NCBI GenBank assembly: GCA_016281335.1
Contig: JAEEIK010000143.1
Span: 12,436 to 76,435 of the forward strand
Reading direction: 5' to 3'
Source: Lachnospiraceae bacterium
Lineage (GTDB): Bacteria; Bacillota; Clostridia; Lachnospirales; Lachnospiraceae
Length of the DNA: 64,000 nucleotides
Shown here piece after piece: positions 10,640-18,782 of the stretch (the first letter of the stretch is position 1; each line of letters begins with the position of its first letter). The position numbers were made by a program, and so were the translations under genes. The notes below the pieces were generated by a model. That model made no database searches, was not told the origin of the DNA, and saw only the letters and a program-made list of their open reading frames with translations.

Positions 10640-12518
10640 AAAAAAGAAGGAAAGAAGATTCCAGCACTGGCAGGTGGTGGCCTTCTTTCTGCTGATATAT
10701 GATCTGATAAGTCTTAATGCGGCATATTTCCTGGCACTGTGGTTCAGGTTTGACTGCCGCGTATCACAGATAGAGCCTGAGTATTGGCAGGCTTATCTTA
10801 TGTTTGGCGTGATCTATTCGATCCTTGCTGTTCTCGTATATCACTTCTGCGGACTGTATCGCAGCGTATGGCGCTTTGCCAGCTTCATGGAAATGGAGCG
10901 CATTGTACTGGGGTGTCTGATCTCCTTTGTGATACAGGCCGTGGGTATAAGCATATGCGTGAGCATGGTAAGTGACGAATACTGGCGTATGCCATATTCC
11001 TATTATTTCATGGGCTTCATGATGCAGTTCTTCTTCTCGATGGCTGCACGCTTCTCTTACAGATTTTTCCTTTTATTCAAGGAAAGGCATGTGAGCGGCA
11101 GGGCCGAGATACATCCGGTGATGCTGATAGGAGCCGGCAGCGCGGGGCGCGCAATCATCAGGGAAGTGAACCATATGGGCAGCGGCAATGACCGTGTAGT
11201 CTGCATCATAGATGATGACAAGAATAAGTGGAAGCGAAATATTGACGGGATCCCGATCATAGGCGGGCGTGATGAGATAATGGCAGCCTGCAGCAAATAT
11301 AAGATAGAGAAAATCTATATAGCCATCCCTTCTGCTACAGCAGGACAGCTGAAAGATATCCTGAGCGTGTGTAAAGAAACGGACTGTACTCTTAAGCTGC
11401 TCAGAAATATGTACCAGATAGTGGATGAAGACAGGATATCGGTCAATGACTTAAAAGATGTATCCATCGAAGACCTGCTGGGGCGTGATCCCATAAGGGT
11501 GGATATGAAAGAGATATACGAGAGTCTCACCGGTAAGGTAATAATGGTCACCGGCGGCGGAGGATCCATAGGTTCCGAGCTGTGCAGGCAGGTGGCAAAA
11601 CATGAACCGAAGGAACTGATCATCTTTGATATATATGAGAATAATGCTTATGATATACAGCAGGAATTAAAAAGACTGCATCCGGAACTGAAGCTTACCG
11701 TACTGATAGGATCCGTAAGGGATGCGGGAAGACTTGAATATGTATTTGACAGATACAGGCCCGAAGTCGTATATCATGCGGCTGCTCATAAGCATGTGCC
11801 GCTGATGGAGGAGAGTCCTCACGAGTCCATAAAGAACAATGTGTTCGGAACTTATAATACGGCGGCTATGGCAAAAAAATACGGCTGCAGGCGCTTTGTG
11901 CTGATAAGCACCGATAAGGCGGTGAACCCGACTAATATAATGGGAGCCAGCAAGCGTCTGTGCGAGATGGTGGTGCAGAGCTTTGCAAAAGAAGGCGGTG
12001 ATACGGAATATGCGGCTGTGCGTTTCGGCAATGTTCTGGGGTCCAACGGAAGCGTGGTCCCGCTCTTCAAGGAACAGATAGCCCAGGGCGGGCCGGTGAC
12101 CGTTACCCATCCCGATATCATAAGGTATTTCATGACCATACCCGAGGCGGTGAGTCTGGTCCTGCAGGCCGGAAGCTATGCCAAGGGCGGTGAGATATTC
12201 GTGCTGGATATGGGAAGTCCGGTGAAGATAGATACGCTGGCGAGAAATCTTATAAGGTTGTCCGGACTCAAGCCCGATGAAGATATAAAGATAAGCTATA
12301 CGGGGCTGCGCCCCGGAGAGAAGATGTATGAGGAGAAGCTGATGGATGAGGAAGGGCTGATGACCACGCCCAACCATCTGATACATATAGGCAGGCCGAT
12401 AGAGATGGATGTACCGGCTTTCAGGAAACAGCTGGAGCAGCTTAAGACTGCGGCCATGGATGAGGAAAGTGACATTAAGGGCATAGTGGCAGAGATGGTC
12501 ACGACTTATAAGCCGTAA
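10611..12518 (+). CDS. Membrane-bound UDP-GlcNAc 4,6-dehydratase (CapD/PglF family)
   Basis: N-terminal TM segments, TGGGGSIGSELC, HAAAHKHVP, STDKAVNPTNIMGASKR, RFGNVLGSNGSV, GLRPGEK; RBS gaggag lies inside cysE. Confidence 0.95.
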   Translation: MMTTGSTSSEKKKERRFQHWQVVAFFLLIYDLISLNAAYFLALWFRFDCRVSQIEPEYWQAYLMFGVIYSILAVLVYHFCGLYRSVWRFASFMEMERIVLGCLISFVIQAVGISICVSMVSDEYWRMPYSYYFMGFMMQFFFSMAARFSYRFFLLFKERHVSGRAEIHPVMLIGAGSAGRAIIREVNHMGSGNDRVVCIIDDDKNKWKRNIDGIPIIGGRDEIMAACSKYKIEKIYIAIPSATAGQLKDILSVCKETDCTLKLLRNMYQIVDEDRISVNDLKDVSIEDLLGRDPIRVDMKEIYESLTGKVIMVTGGGGSIGSELCRQVAKHEPKELIIFDIYENNAYDIQQELKRLHPELKLTVLIGSVRDAGRLEYVFDRYRPEVVYHAAAHKHVPLMEESPHESIKNNVFGTYNTAAMAKKYGCRRFVLISTDKAVNPTNIMGASKRLCEMVVQSFAKEGGDTEYAAVRFGNVLGSNGSVVPLFKEQIAQGGPVTVTHPDIIRYFMTIPEAVSLVLQAGSYAKGGEIFVLDMGSPVKIDTLARNLIRLSGLKPDEDIKISYTGLRPGEKMYEEKLMDEEGLMTTPNHLIHIGRPIEMDVPAFRKQLEQLKTAAMDEESDIKGIVAEMVTTYKP

Positions 12519-12530
12519 AGGAGAAAGACA

Positions 12531-13751
12531 ATGGAAAGAAAGATAATTTTCTCACCGCCGGATATAACGGAGGAAGAGATAGAGGCGGTAGCCGAAGCCT
12601 TAAGGAGCGGCTGGATAACCACGGGACCCAGGACCAAGGAACTGGAGGAAGAAATCGCGGCCTATGTGGGTACGGAAAAAGCGGTGTGCCTTAATTCAGC
12701 CACGGCGGCAGAAGAATGCAACTTAAGGGCCCTTGGCATCGGTGAAGGCGACGAGGTGATAGTGCCTGCATATACCTATACTGCAAGCGCTTCATCGGCT
12801 ATACATGTCGGGGCGAAAGTGGTATTTGCTGATGTTCAGAAAGACAGTCTGGAGATGGATTATGACAGCCTGGATAAGCTGATAACTACGGCAACCAAGG
12901 CTATAATTCCCGTTGATATAGCAGGTATACCCTGCGATTATAAGCGGGTATATGAGATAGTCGAAAAGAAGCGTGATATCTTTAAGACAGGCGGCAATAA
13001 TGAGACAGGCGCAAAGATACAGAAAGCGCTCGGACGTATCGCTGTTGTTGCTGACGGAGCACATTCCTTCGGAGCATCAAGAGAAGGAGTGATGAGCGGA
13101 AGCCTTGCGGACTTTACCTCGTTCTCTTTTCATGCAGTCAAGAACTTTACCACCGCAGAAGGCGGCGCTGCCGTATGGAAAAATATCGAAGGGATCGATA
13201 ATGATGAACTGTACCGTTTTTACCAGCTCTTAAGCTTACATGGACAGTCAAAGGATGCCCTCGCAAAAGATAAGCTTGGCGGCTGGGAATATGATATAAT
13301 CGAGCCCTTTTACAAATGCAACATGACTGATGTATGCGCTGCCATAGGACTGGTGCAGATGAAGAGATATGCATCACTGATGGCAAGAAGACGTGAGATC
13401 ATTGAAAAATATGATGCGGTGATGGATGAGCTCGGCGTAGAGCATCTGACTCACTATACGGATAAGTATACTTCATCGGGACATCTTTATATCACACGCA
13501 TCCCCGGAGCCGATGATAAGAGAAGACGTGAGATCATCATAAAGATGGAGGAGCAGAAGGTTCCCTGCAATGTGCATTACAAACCGCTGCCCATGATGAG
13601 CGCTTATAAGAAGCTTGGCTTTGACATAAAGGATTATCCGAATGCCTATGCGCATTATGAAAATGCGATAACACTGCCGCTCCACACCAAGCTTACGGAT
13701 GAAGATGTGGAGTATATATGTGAGTGCTTTGCTAAAGCAATTCGAGGGTGA
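12531..13751 (+). CDS. DegT/DnrJ/EryC1/StrS sugar aminotransferase (WcfR/AatB-like)
   Basis: FSPPDI, SGWITTGP, DGAHSFG, FSFHAVKNFTTAEGG, YKCNMTD. Confidence 0.93.
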   Translation: MERKIIFSPPDITEEEIEAVAEALRSGWITTGPRTKELEEEIAAYVGTEKAVCLNSATAAEECNLRALGIGEGDEVIVPAYTYTASASSAIHVGAKVVFADVQKDSLEMDYDSLDKLITTATKAIIPVDIAGIPCDYKRVYEIVEKKRDIFKTGGNNETGAKIQKALGRIAVVADGAHSFGASREGVMSGSLADFTSFSFHAVKNFTTAEGGAAVWKNIEGIDNDELYRFYQLLSLHGQSKDALAKDKLGGWEYDIIEPFYKCNMTDVCAAIGLVQMKRYASLMARRREIIEKYDAVMDELGVEHLTHYTDKYTSSGHLYITRIPGADDKRRREIIIKMEEQKVPCNVHYKPLPMMSAYKKLGFDIKDYPNAYAHYENAITLPLHTKLTDEDVEYICECFAKAIRG

Positions 13752-13757
13752 TAGAAC

Positions 13758-13805
13758 CCCTCATCAGTCGCCTGCGGCGACAGCTTCTCCCCAAGGGGAG
13801 AAGCC
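13758..13805. repeat. REP-like twin-hairpin intergenic repeat, copy 2
   Basis: ccctcatca-gtcgcc tgc ggcgac-a-gcttctcccc aa ggggagaagc; same architecture as 6705-6751. Confidence 0.8.
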
Positions 13806-13816
13806 TGGGGAGAGGT

Positions 13817-14491
13817 ATGAGAGAATGGGATGAACTGCCGGCGAGGATACGGACGCCGGAGGTAAAAACTTACTATGATATCCTTAAAAAGAAGGAGTGG
13901 GAGCTTAAGCTTAAACGTTTGTTTGACGTGATGCTGAGTTCTCTGCTTCTGGTATTTCTTTTTATCCCTATGTGTGTGATCGCGGTAATGATAGCGGCAG
14001 ACTCTCCCGGCGGAGTGTTTTTCAGACAGATAAGGATCACCGAATACGGAAGGAAATTTAAGATACATAAGTTCCGTACCATGAGTAAAGATGCGGGCGG
14101 AAGCCAGGTGACCGTTGCAGGTGACATGAGGGTGACAAAGATAGGAAAGACACTGCGGAAATATCGTCTGGATGAACTGCCGCAGCTTATCGATGTACTG
14201 TTCGGGGATATGAGCTTTGTCGGTACCAGACCGGAAGTGCCGCGCTATGTAAAGGAGTATAAGCCGGAGATGATGGCAACTCTGCTGATGAAGGCGGGGA
14301 TCACATCCAGGGCGAGCATACTGTACAAGGATGAGGAAAAACTTCTGGACGGAGCGGAGGATACCGACAGCGTATATATAAACGAGATACTTCCGGCCAA
14401 GATGAAATATAATCTGGAGGCGGTCAGGAATTTCAGCCTTTTTGATGATCTGAAGACCATGATAATGACGGTGATCGCGGTGGTGAAATGA
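13817..14491 (+). CDS. Initiating phosphoglycosyl transferase (Bac_transf; WcfS/PglC-like)
   Basis: KRLFD, one TM helix, KFRTM, LDELPQL, GDMSFVGTRPE. Start moved to the ATG after the repeat (RBS ggagagg). Confidence 0.92.
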   Translation: MREWDELPARIRTPEVKTYYDILKKKEWELKLKRLFDVMLSSLLLVFLFIPMCVIAVMIAADSPGGVFFRQIRITEYGRKFKIHKFRTMSKDAGGSQVTVAGDMRVTKIGKTLRKYRLDELPQLIDVLFGDMSFVGTRPEVPRYVKEYKPEMMATLLMKAGITSRASILYKDEEKLLDGAEDTDSVYINEILPAKMKYNLEAVRNFSLFDDLKTMIMTVIAVVK

Positions 14492-14492
14492 T

Positions 14493-15623
14493 ATGAGTGA
14501 AAAGAAACTGATAGCTCTGCTTACGAATAATGATGATGATGTATACTGCTTCAGAAAGGAACTGATAGAGGCCTTTATAGCAGAGGGATACGAGGTACTG
14601 ATATCCTGTCCTTACGGAGAAAAGTTCGAACTTATGAAGGACATACCTTATATCTATGATGATCCCGATATCGACAGGAGGGGGACCAATCCGCTTAAGG
14701 ATGCTCAGCTGATGGCGCATTATCACAGGCTTTTCAAGAAATACAGACCCGCCGTGGTGCTGACCTATACGGCCAAACCCGGCGTTTACGCAAGTTTCGC
14801 TGCTCATGCTCTGAAGATACCCGTAATCAATAATGTTACGGGTTTCGGTTCCGTGTTAAAGGAAGGAAAGCTGAAACGCGGAATCATAATGCGACTCTTT
14901 CAGGCAGCATACAGACAGAGCGATTGTATTATGTTCCAGAATGCTGTAAATATGCGCATGGCGAAGAAGATGAGGATGGTGCATGGTAAGAGCCGATTAA
15001 TACCCGGCTCGGGGGTAGCGCTTAATCGCTTCCCGCTGCTTGATTATCCCGAAGGGGGAGACGGAAAGAACGGGGAAAAGGTGGTATTCAATTATATCGG
15101 ACGTATACTTAAGGATAAGGGCGTGGATGATTATATTGCCTGTGCAAAGGCGATACATGCTGTTTATCCGCAGACTGAATTCAATATGCTGGGCTTTATA
15201 GAACCCACCGAAGCGCATTATGAAAAAGAGCTTGAAGAATTGGAAAAGGAAGGTGTGATCAGGTATCACGGCTCTCAGAAGGATGTGGGACCTTATATCG
15301 CGAGAGCGCATGCGATAATACATCCTTCGGTATACGGAGAGGGAATGAGCAATGTGCTGCTTGAAAATGCGGCGTCGGGAAGACCGCTGATCACCACGGA
15401 CAATCCGGGCTGCCGGGAGACCTGTAAGGATAAGCAGAGCGGATTCATATATCCGAAAGGAAACAGGGAAGCTTTGATACTTGCCGTGCAGAAATTCCTT
15501 GAATTGCCTAATGAAAAAAGACGTGAGATGGGGCTTAAGGGAAGAAAGAGAATGGAGAAATTGTTCTCCAGGGAGATAGTCATCAAAGCATATCTTGATG
15601 AGATAAAAAGGCTGACGAAATGA
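14493..15623 (+). CDS. Glycosyltransferase family 4
   Basis: YTAKP, PGSGV, YIGRILKDKG, PSVYGEGMSNVLLE, TTDNPGC. Confidence 0.92.
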   Translation: MSEKKLIALLTNNDDDVYCFRKELIEAFIAEGYEVLISCPYGEKFELMKDIPYIYDDPDIDRRGTNPLKDAQLMAHYHRLFKKYRPAVVLTYTAKPGVYASFAAHALKIPVINNVTGFGSVLKEGKLKRGIIMRLFQAAYRQSDCIMFQNAVNMRMAKKMRMVHGKSRLIPGSGVALNRFPLLDYPEGGDGKNGEKVVFNYIGRILKDKGVDDYIACAKAIHAVYPQTEFNMLGFIEPTEAHYEKELEELEKEGVIRYHGSQKDVGPYIARAHAIIHPSVYGEGMSNVLLENAASGRPLITTDNPGCRETCKDKQSGFIYPKGNREALILAVQKFLELPNEKRREMGLKGRKRMEKLFSREIVIKAYLDEIKRLTK

Positions 15624-16780
15624 AAAATCTTGCCATTATCGTACAGAACCTGCATAACGGCGGCGCCGAGAGGATGGCCGCCAATATGTCAAAGGAGCTG
15701 GCAAAATATCTTAATGTTTATCTGATAGTCTTTGATTCGGACGAGGCTATATATTCTTACGGCGGTAAGCTGATCGATCTGAAAGTGCCGCCTGTCACCG
15801 AGGGAAGCATATTCAAGCGGGTGATGAATACGCTTAAGCGGGTGAGGCGTCTTAAATATATCAAAAGAAAACATGAAATAGACTGTACCATATCCCATAT
15901 GGGCGGAGCCAATCTGGTAAATATTCTTTCAAGACATCGCGATAAAGTGATATCGGTCTATCACAGCATGCCGTCAAAAGAATTCAGCATAAGCATAAAG
16001 AATAAACTGGTGCAGCGTTTTATCGCAAAACATTCCGATAAATACGTGGTAGTATCCAAACCTGCAATGAAAGATATGATAGAGAACTTCGGAGTCCCTG
16101 CAGCGAAGATGAAGTGTATATATAATTTTTCGGATATTGATGATATAAGGAGACTTGGCGAAGAAAAAATGCCCGAAACGGCTGTGGCTTTCTTTGAAGC
16201 GCATGATAAAGTATTCGTCCATGCAGGACGGTTGACTAAACTTAAAGCCCAGGACAGACTGCTGCGCGTACTCTCGGAATTAAGGAAGAGCGGAATGAAT
16301 GCCGGACTTATAATACTCGGGGACGGGGAAGAAAAAGAGGCGCTGATAGCGTCGGCAAATGAAGAGGGACTTAAGGAACATGTGCTTTTTACAGGGGAAG
16401 TGAAGAATCCCTTCAGTTATATAAAACATTCGGATCTGTTTGTACTTTGTTCAAGATATGAAGGACTGCCTATGGTGCTGATAGAAGCGCTCTGTCTTAA
16501 GTGTCCCGTTGTCTCACTGGACATGAGGTCGGGAGCAAGGGAGATACTTGCGCCGGATACGGATATCGAAAAGGTGGCGGATACAGTGGAATATGCAAAA
16601 TATGGCGTGCTTACTCCGCCTTATGAAGATAAGGATGCTTCGGCTGAAGCATGTCTTGTTAAAGCAGTCCGGGAAATGCTGGAAAACATTGAACTGAGGA
16701 GCAGATACCTGGCCGGCTGCGATGAGGCGGCCGAAAACTTTGCACCCGGAAATATCATCCCGCAGTGGCTGGAGCTATAG
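15620..16780 (+). CDS. Glycosyltransferase family 4
   Basis: GGAER, GRLTKLKAQ, SRYEGLPMVLIEA. Confidence 0.92.
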   Translation: MKNLAIIVQNLHNGGAERMAANMSKELAKYLNVYLIVFDSDEAIYSYGGKLIDLKVPPVTEGSIFKRVMNTLKRVRRLKYIKRKHEIDCTISHMGGANLVNILSRHRDKVISVYHSMPSKEFSISIKNKLVQRFIAKHSDKYVVVSKPAMKDMIENFGVPAAKMKCIYNFSDIDDIRRLGEEKMPETAVAFFEAHDKVFVHAGRLTKLKAQDRLLRVLSELRKSGMNAGLIILGDGEEKEALIASANEEGLKEHVLFTGEVKNPFSYIKHSDLFVLCSRYEGLPMVLIEALCLKCPVVSLDMRSGAREILAPDTDIEKVADTVEYAKYGVLTPPYEDKDASAEACLVKAVREMLENIELRSRYLAGCDEAAENFAPGNIIPQWLEL

Positions 16781-17330
16781 ATCTTTTTATGGCTTTATTG
16801 GAACAGATAAGGGTTGCGAGTATTATCTTGATCGCATCGGGAATCAGATAGGGCAGAACGCAGTATGAAGCAGCTGCAGCAAAGCCCATACGCGTTCCCT
16901 CTTTCGATACATATACATGGGAAAACCAGAGAGTACCGAACAGATAGCATACAAGAAGCCCGAGAACCATTGCGGGAATCAGCAGCCACGGTTCAGTGGC
17001 TTTTTTAAATAAAAGCTGAAAAATATCCATTATAAAGGCAGTGAAGAGGAAGCCGACCACATATCCGCCGGTAGGACCGGTGAGTGCTCCGAGTCCGCCT
17101 TTAAAACCGGATAATACGGGAAGACCGACTGCGGCAAGCAGTATATATATGAAGATGGCGGCTGTACCGCGGCGCGGACCTAAAAGCCCCACAGTAACGA
17201 AAACAGCAAAGGTCTGCAAAGTGAACGGTACTATGGTGCCTATGGGAGGAGTGCTGATCCAGGAGCAGACTGCAAGAAGTGCCGCAGCCATTGCAATATA
17301 GACAAGATCGGTAGTTTTAGACGGTCTCAT
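16755..17330 (-). CDS. bioY: Biotin transporter BioY
   Basis: VPFTLQTFAV, LGPRRG, GLPVLSG..GG...L.GPTGGY..GF, PYLIPDAIK. Start moved to ATG 17330. BirA site lies upstream. Confidence 0.95.
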   Translation of the reverse strand: MRPSKTTDLVYIAMAAALLAVCSWISTPPIGTIVPFTLQTFAVFVTVGLLGPRRGTAAIFIYILLAAVGLPVLSGFKGGLGALTGPTGGYVVGFLFTAFIMDIFQLLFKKATEPWLLIPAMVLGLLVCYLFGTLWFSHVYVSKEGTRMGFAAAASYCVLPYLIPDAIKIILATLICSNKAIKRSIAPATAG

Positions 17331-17387
17331 ATGTAAGTGATATCCTTTCGAGTCAGTATTGCCACACAGTATGACTGCGGCATAGAA

Positions 17388-17416
17388 AATATACCATATA
17401 GACGGGATAATGTCAA
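17388..17416 (-). promoter_or_regulatory. Sigma-A promoter of bioY
   Basis: Minus strand reads TTGACA-N17-TATATT with an extended TGG before the -10. Confidence 0.75.
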
Positions 17417-17441
17417 CAGTATATTCAAATGAGTTGACAAT
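17409..17441. promoter_or_regulatory. BirA operator overlapping the bioY -35
   Basis: AATGTCAAC-N15-GTTGACAAT matches the firmicute BirA palindrome wwTGTtAAC-N14/15-GTTaACAww. Confidence 0.85.
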
Positions 17442-17499
17442 CAAAAGGGTTAAGGACTTAAACATATACGATATAGATTTTTCGGAATACTGTTGTTAA

Positions 17500-17630
17500 G
17501 GTCAAATGGGTAGCAAGCAGCTTTGCTGCTTGCAAAATGTTGCACAAAAATCGTCCCGGCAAGCTGGCTTGCCGGAGCGATTTATTGTGCAACATAATCA
17601 TACGATCTTCGATCGTATGCCCATTTGACC
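17500..17630. other. 131-bp structured element (four-way junction; MITE-like or ncRNA)
   Basis: 11-bp terminal inverted repeats ggtcaaatggg/cccatttgacc enclose three hairpins at 17513-17533, 17537-17595 and 17599-17619. Confidence 0.75.
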
Positions 17631-17874
17631 ATAGCTGCCATGAAGGTAATGAAGAAGCATACGGATCATCCGTTAGGGATATCGCAGGATATTTATGCCC
17701 GACAAGCAGAATAATGCCCTATTCGTGACAAATCTCCCGCTATTCGTGCATATCGTATTTACTTATACCTATATATAGTATATGATGAAACTACCCTAAT
17801 ATAAGTTACAGGGATTTTGCATAATATACAAGGCCATCCAAATAATATTGTGTAAAATCCCTAAAAACTTTAAA

Positions 17875-17903
17875 TTGAAAAGAGTTATGTTATGTGTTAA
17901 TAT
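17875..17903 (+). promoter_or_regulatory. Putative sigma-A promoter of the pil operon
   Basis: TTGAAA-N17-TAATAT with TGT directly before the -10. Confidence 0.6.
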
Positions 17904-17947
17904 CTGTTATATATGGGATGCATATAGTTTTTTTAGTTGTGTTTGGA

Positions 17948-17962
17948 AATTTTGTGAAATTT
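17948..17962 (+). promoter_or_regulatory. Candidate CodY box in the pilD leader
   Basis: AATTTTGTGAAATTT, 2 mismatches to AATTTTCWGAAAATT. Confidence 0.4.
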
Positions 17963-18001
17963 GACAATTAAGAAAGGCGCGGCCTGCAGGCTCAAGCTTC
18001 T

Positions 18002-18724
18002 ATGGTACAGTATATTATAATGGGAGTTGTGTGTATTGCTCTCGGGATCGCGGGTTTTCTGTATGCCCAGTATAAGATAAGCAAAGGCCCCGAAGACGGG
18101 GAAATGCCTGAGGGAGAGAGCGCGGAAGCTGTAATGAAGAAGGCGGAAAGCTTAAGACGCAGCTTCTCGTGGCAGGAAGCGGTATTTGCGGCAGTATGTG
18201 TGGCAGCCGGAGAAGTGATGCTGTATGAGTACGGCCTCAGTGTGAAAGCATTTACATTCGCGATTGCAATAGTGCTTTTACTCAGCTTATCCCTGGTGGA
18301 TCTTGCGATATTCGAGATCCCGCCTGAGTACAATATAGTATTAGCTGTTCTCGGAGTGGTACTTGTGATAGCGGAACCGGGGAAATGGCTTGAACATCTG
18401 ATCGGCGCGGTATGCATAAGCGGACTTTTCCTGCTGATCAATCTGGCAAGCGGCGGAAGGGCCATGGGCGGCGGAGATGTGAAGCTGATGGCGGCATTGG
18501 GACTGCTGATCGGCTGGAAACACATAATACTGGTGATGATGATAGGCTCAATACTCGGATCGGTGATCCACAGTATCAGGATGAAGGTTTCGGGAAAGAA
18601 AAAAGTTCTTGCATTCGGACCTTATCTTGCGATGGCGGGGGTGATCGCAATGATATGCGGCGATGCGATAATCGCCTGGTATATATCGGCGATGATACCC
18701 GAAGAATTGCTTAACAGAGTATGA
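18002..18724 (+). CDS. pilD: Prepilin peptidase (A24 family)
   Basis: Polytopic; VDL..FEIP, MGGGDVKLMAALG, AFGPYL. Confidence 0.9.
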   Translation: MVQYIIMGVVCIALGIAGFLYAQYKISKGPEDGEMPEGESAEAVMKKAESLRRSFSWQEAVFAAVCVAAGEVMLYEYGLSVKAFTFAIAIVLLLSLSLVDLAIFEIPPEYNIVLAVLGVVLVIAEPGKWLEHLIGAVCISGLFLLINLASGGRAMGGGDVKLMAALGLLIGWKHIILVMMIGSILGSVIHSIRMKVSGKKKVLAFGPYLAMAGVIAMICGDAIIAWYISAMIPEELLNRV

Positions 18725-18782
18725 TCCGGCAAACCGGTTTGTACATATAAAAAGTAACTTATATGAAAGGGGAACAGGTAGG

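Noticed and set aside
13748-13816. 23-aa N-terminal extension of the sugar transferase (MIEPLISRLRRQLLPKGRSLGRG)
   Set aside because: It is a translation of the REP-like repeat; the ATG at 13817 has its own RBS and fits the family start.
17331-17465. 45-aa N-terminal extension of BioY in the ORF track
   Set aside because: It spans the bioY promoter and BirA operator; the real start is 17330.
17537-17728. 63-aa ORF across the four-way-junction element
   Set aside because: No RBS or recognisable motif; the sequence is explained by base-pairing constraints.
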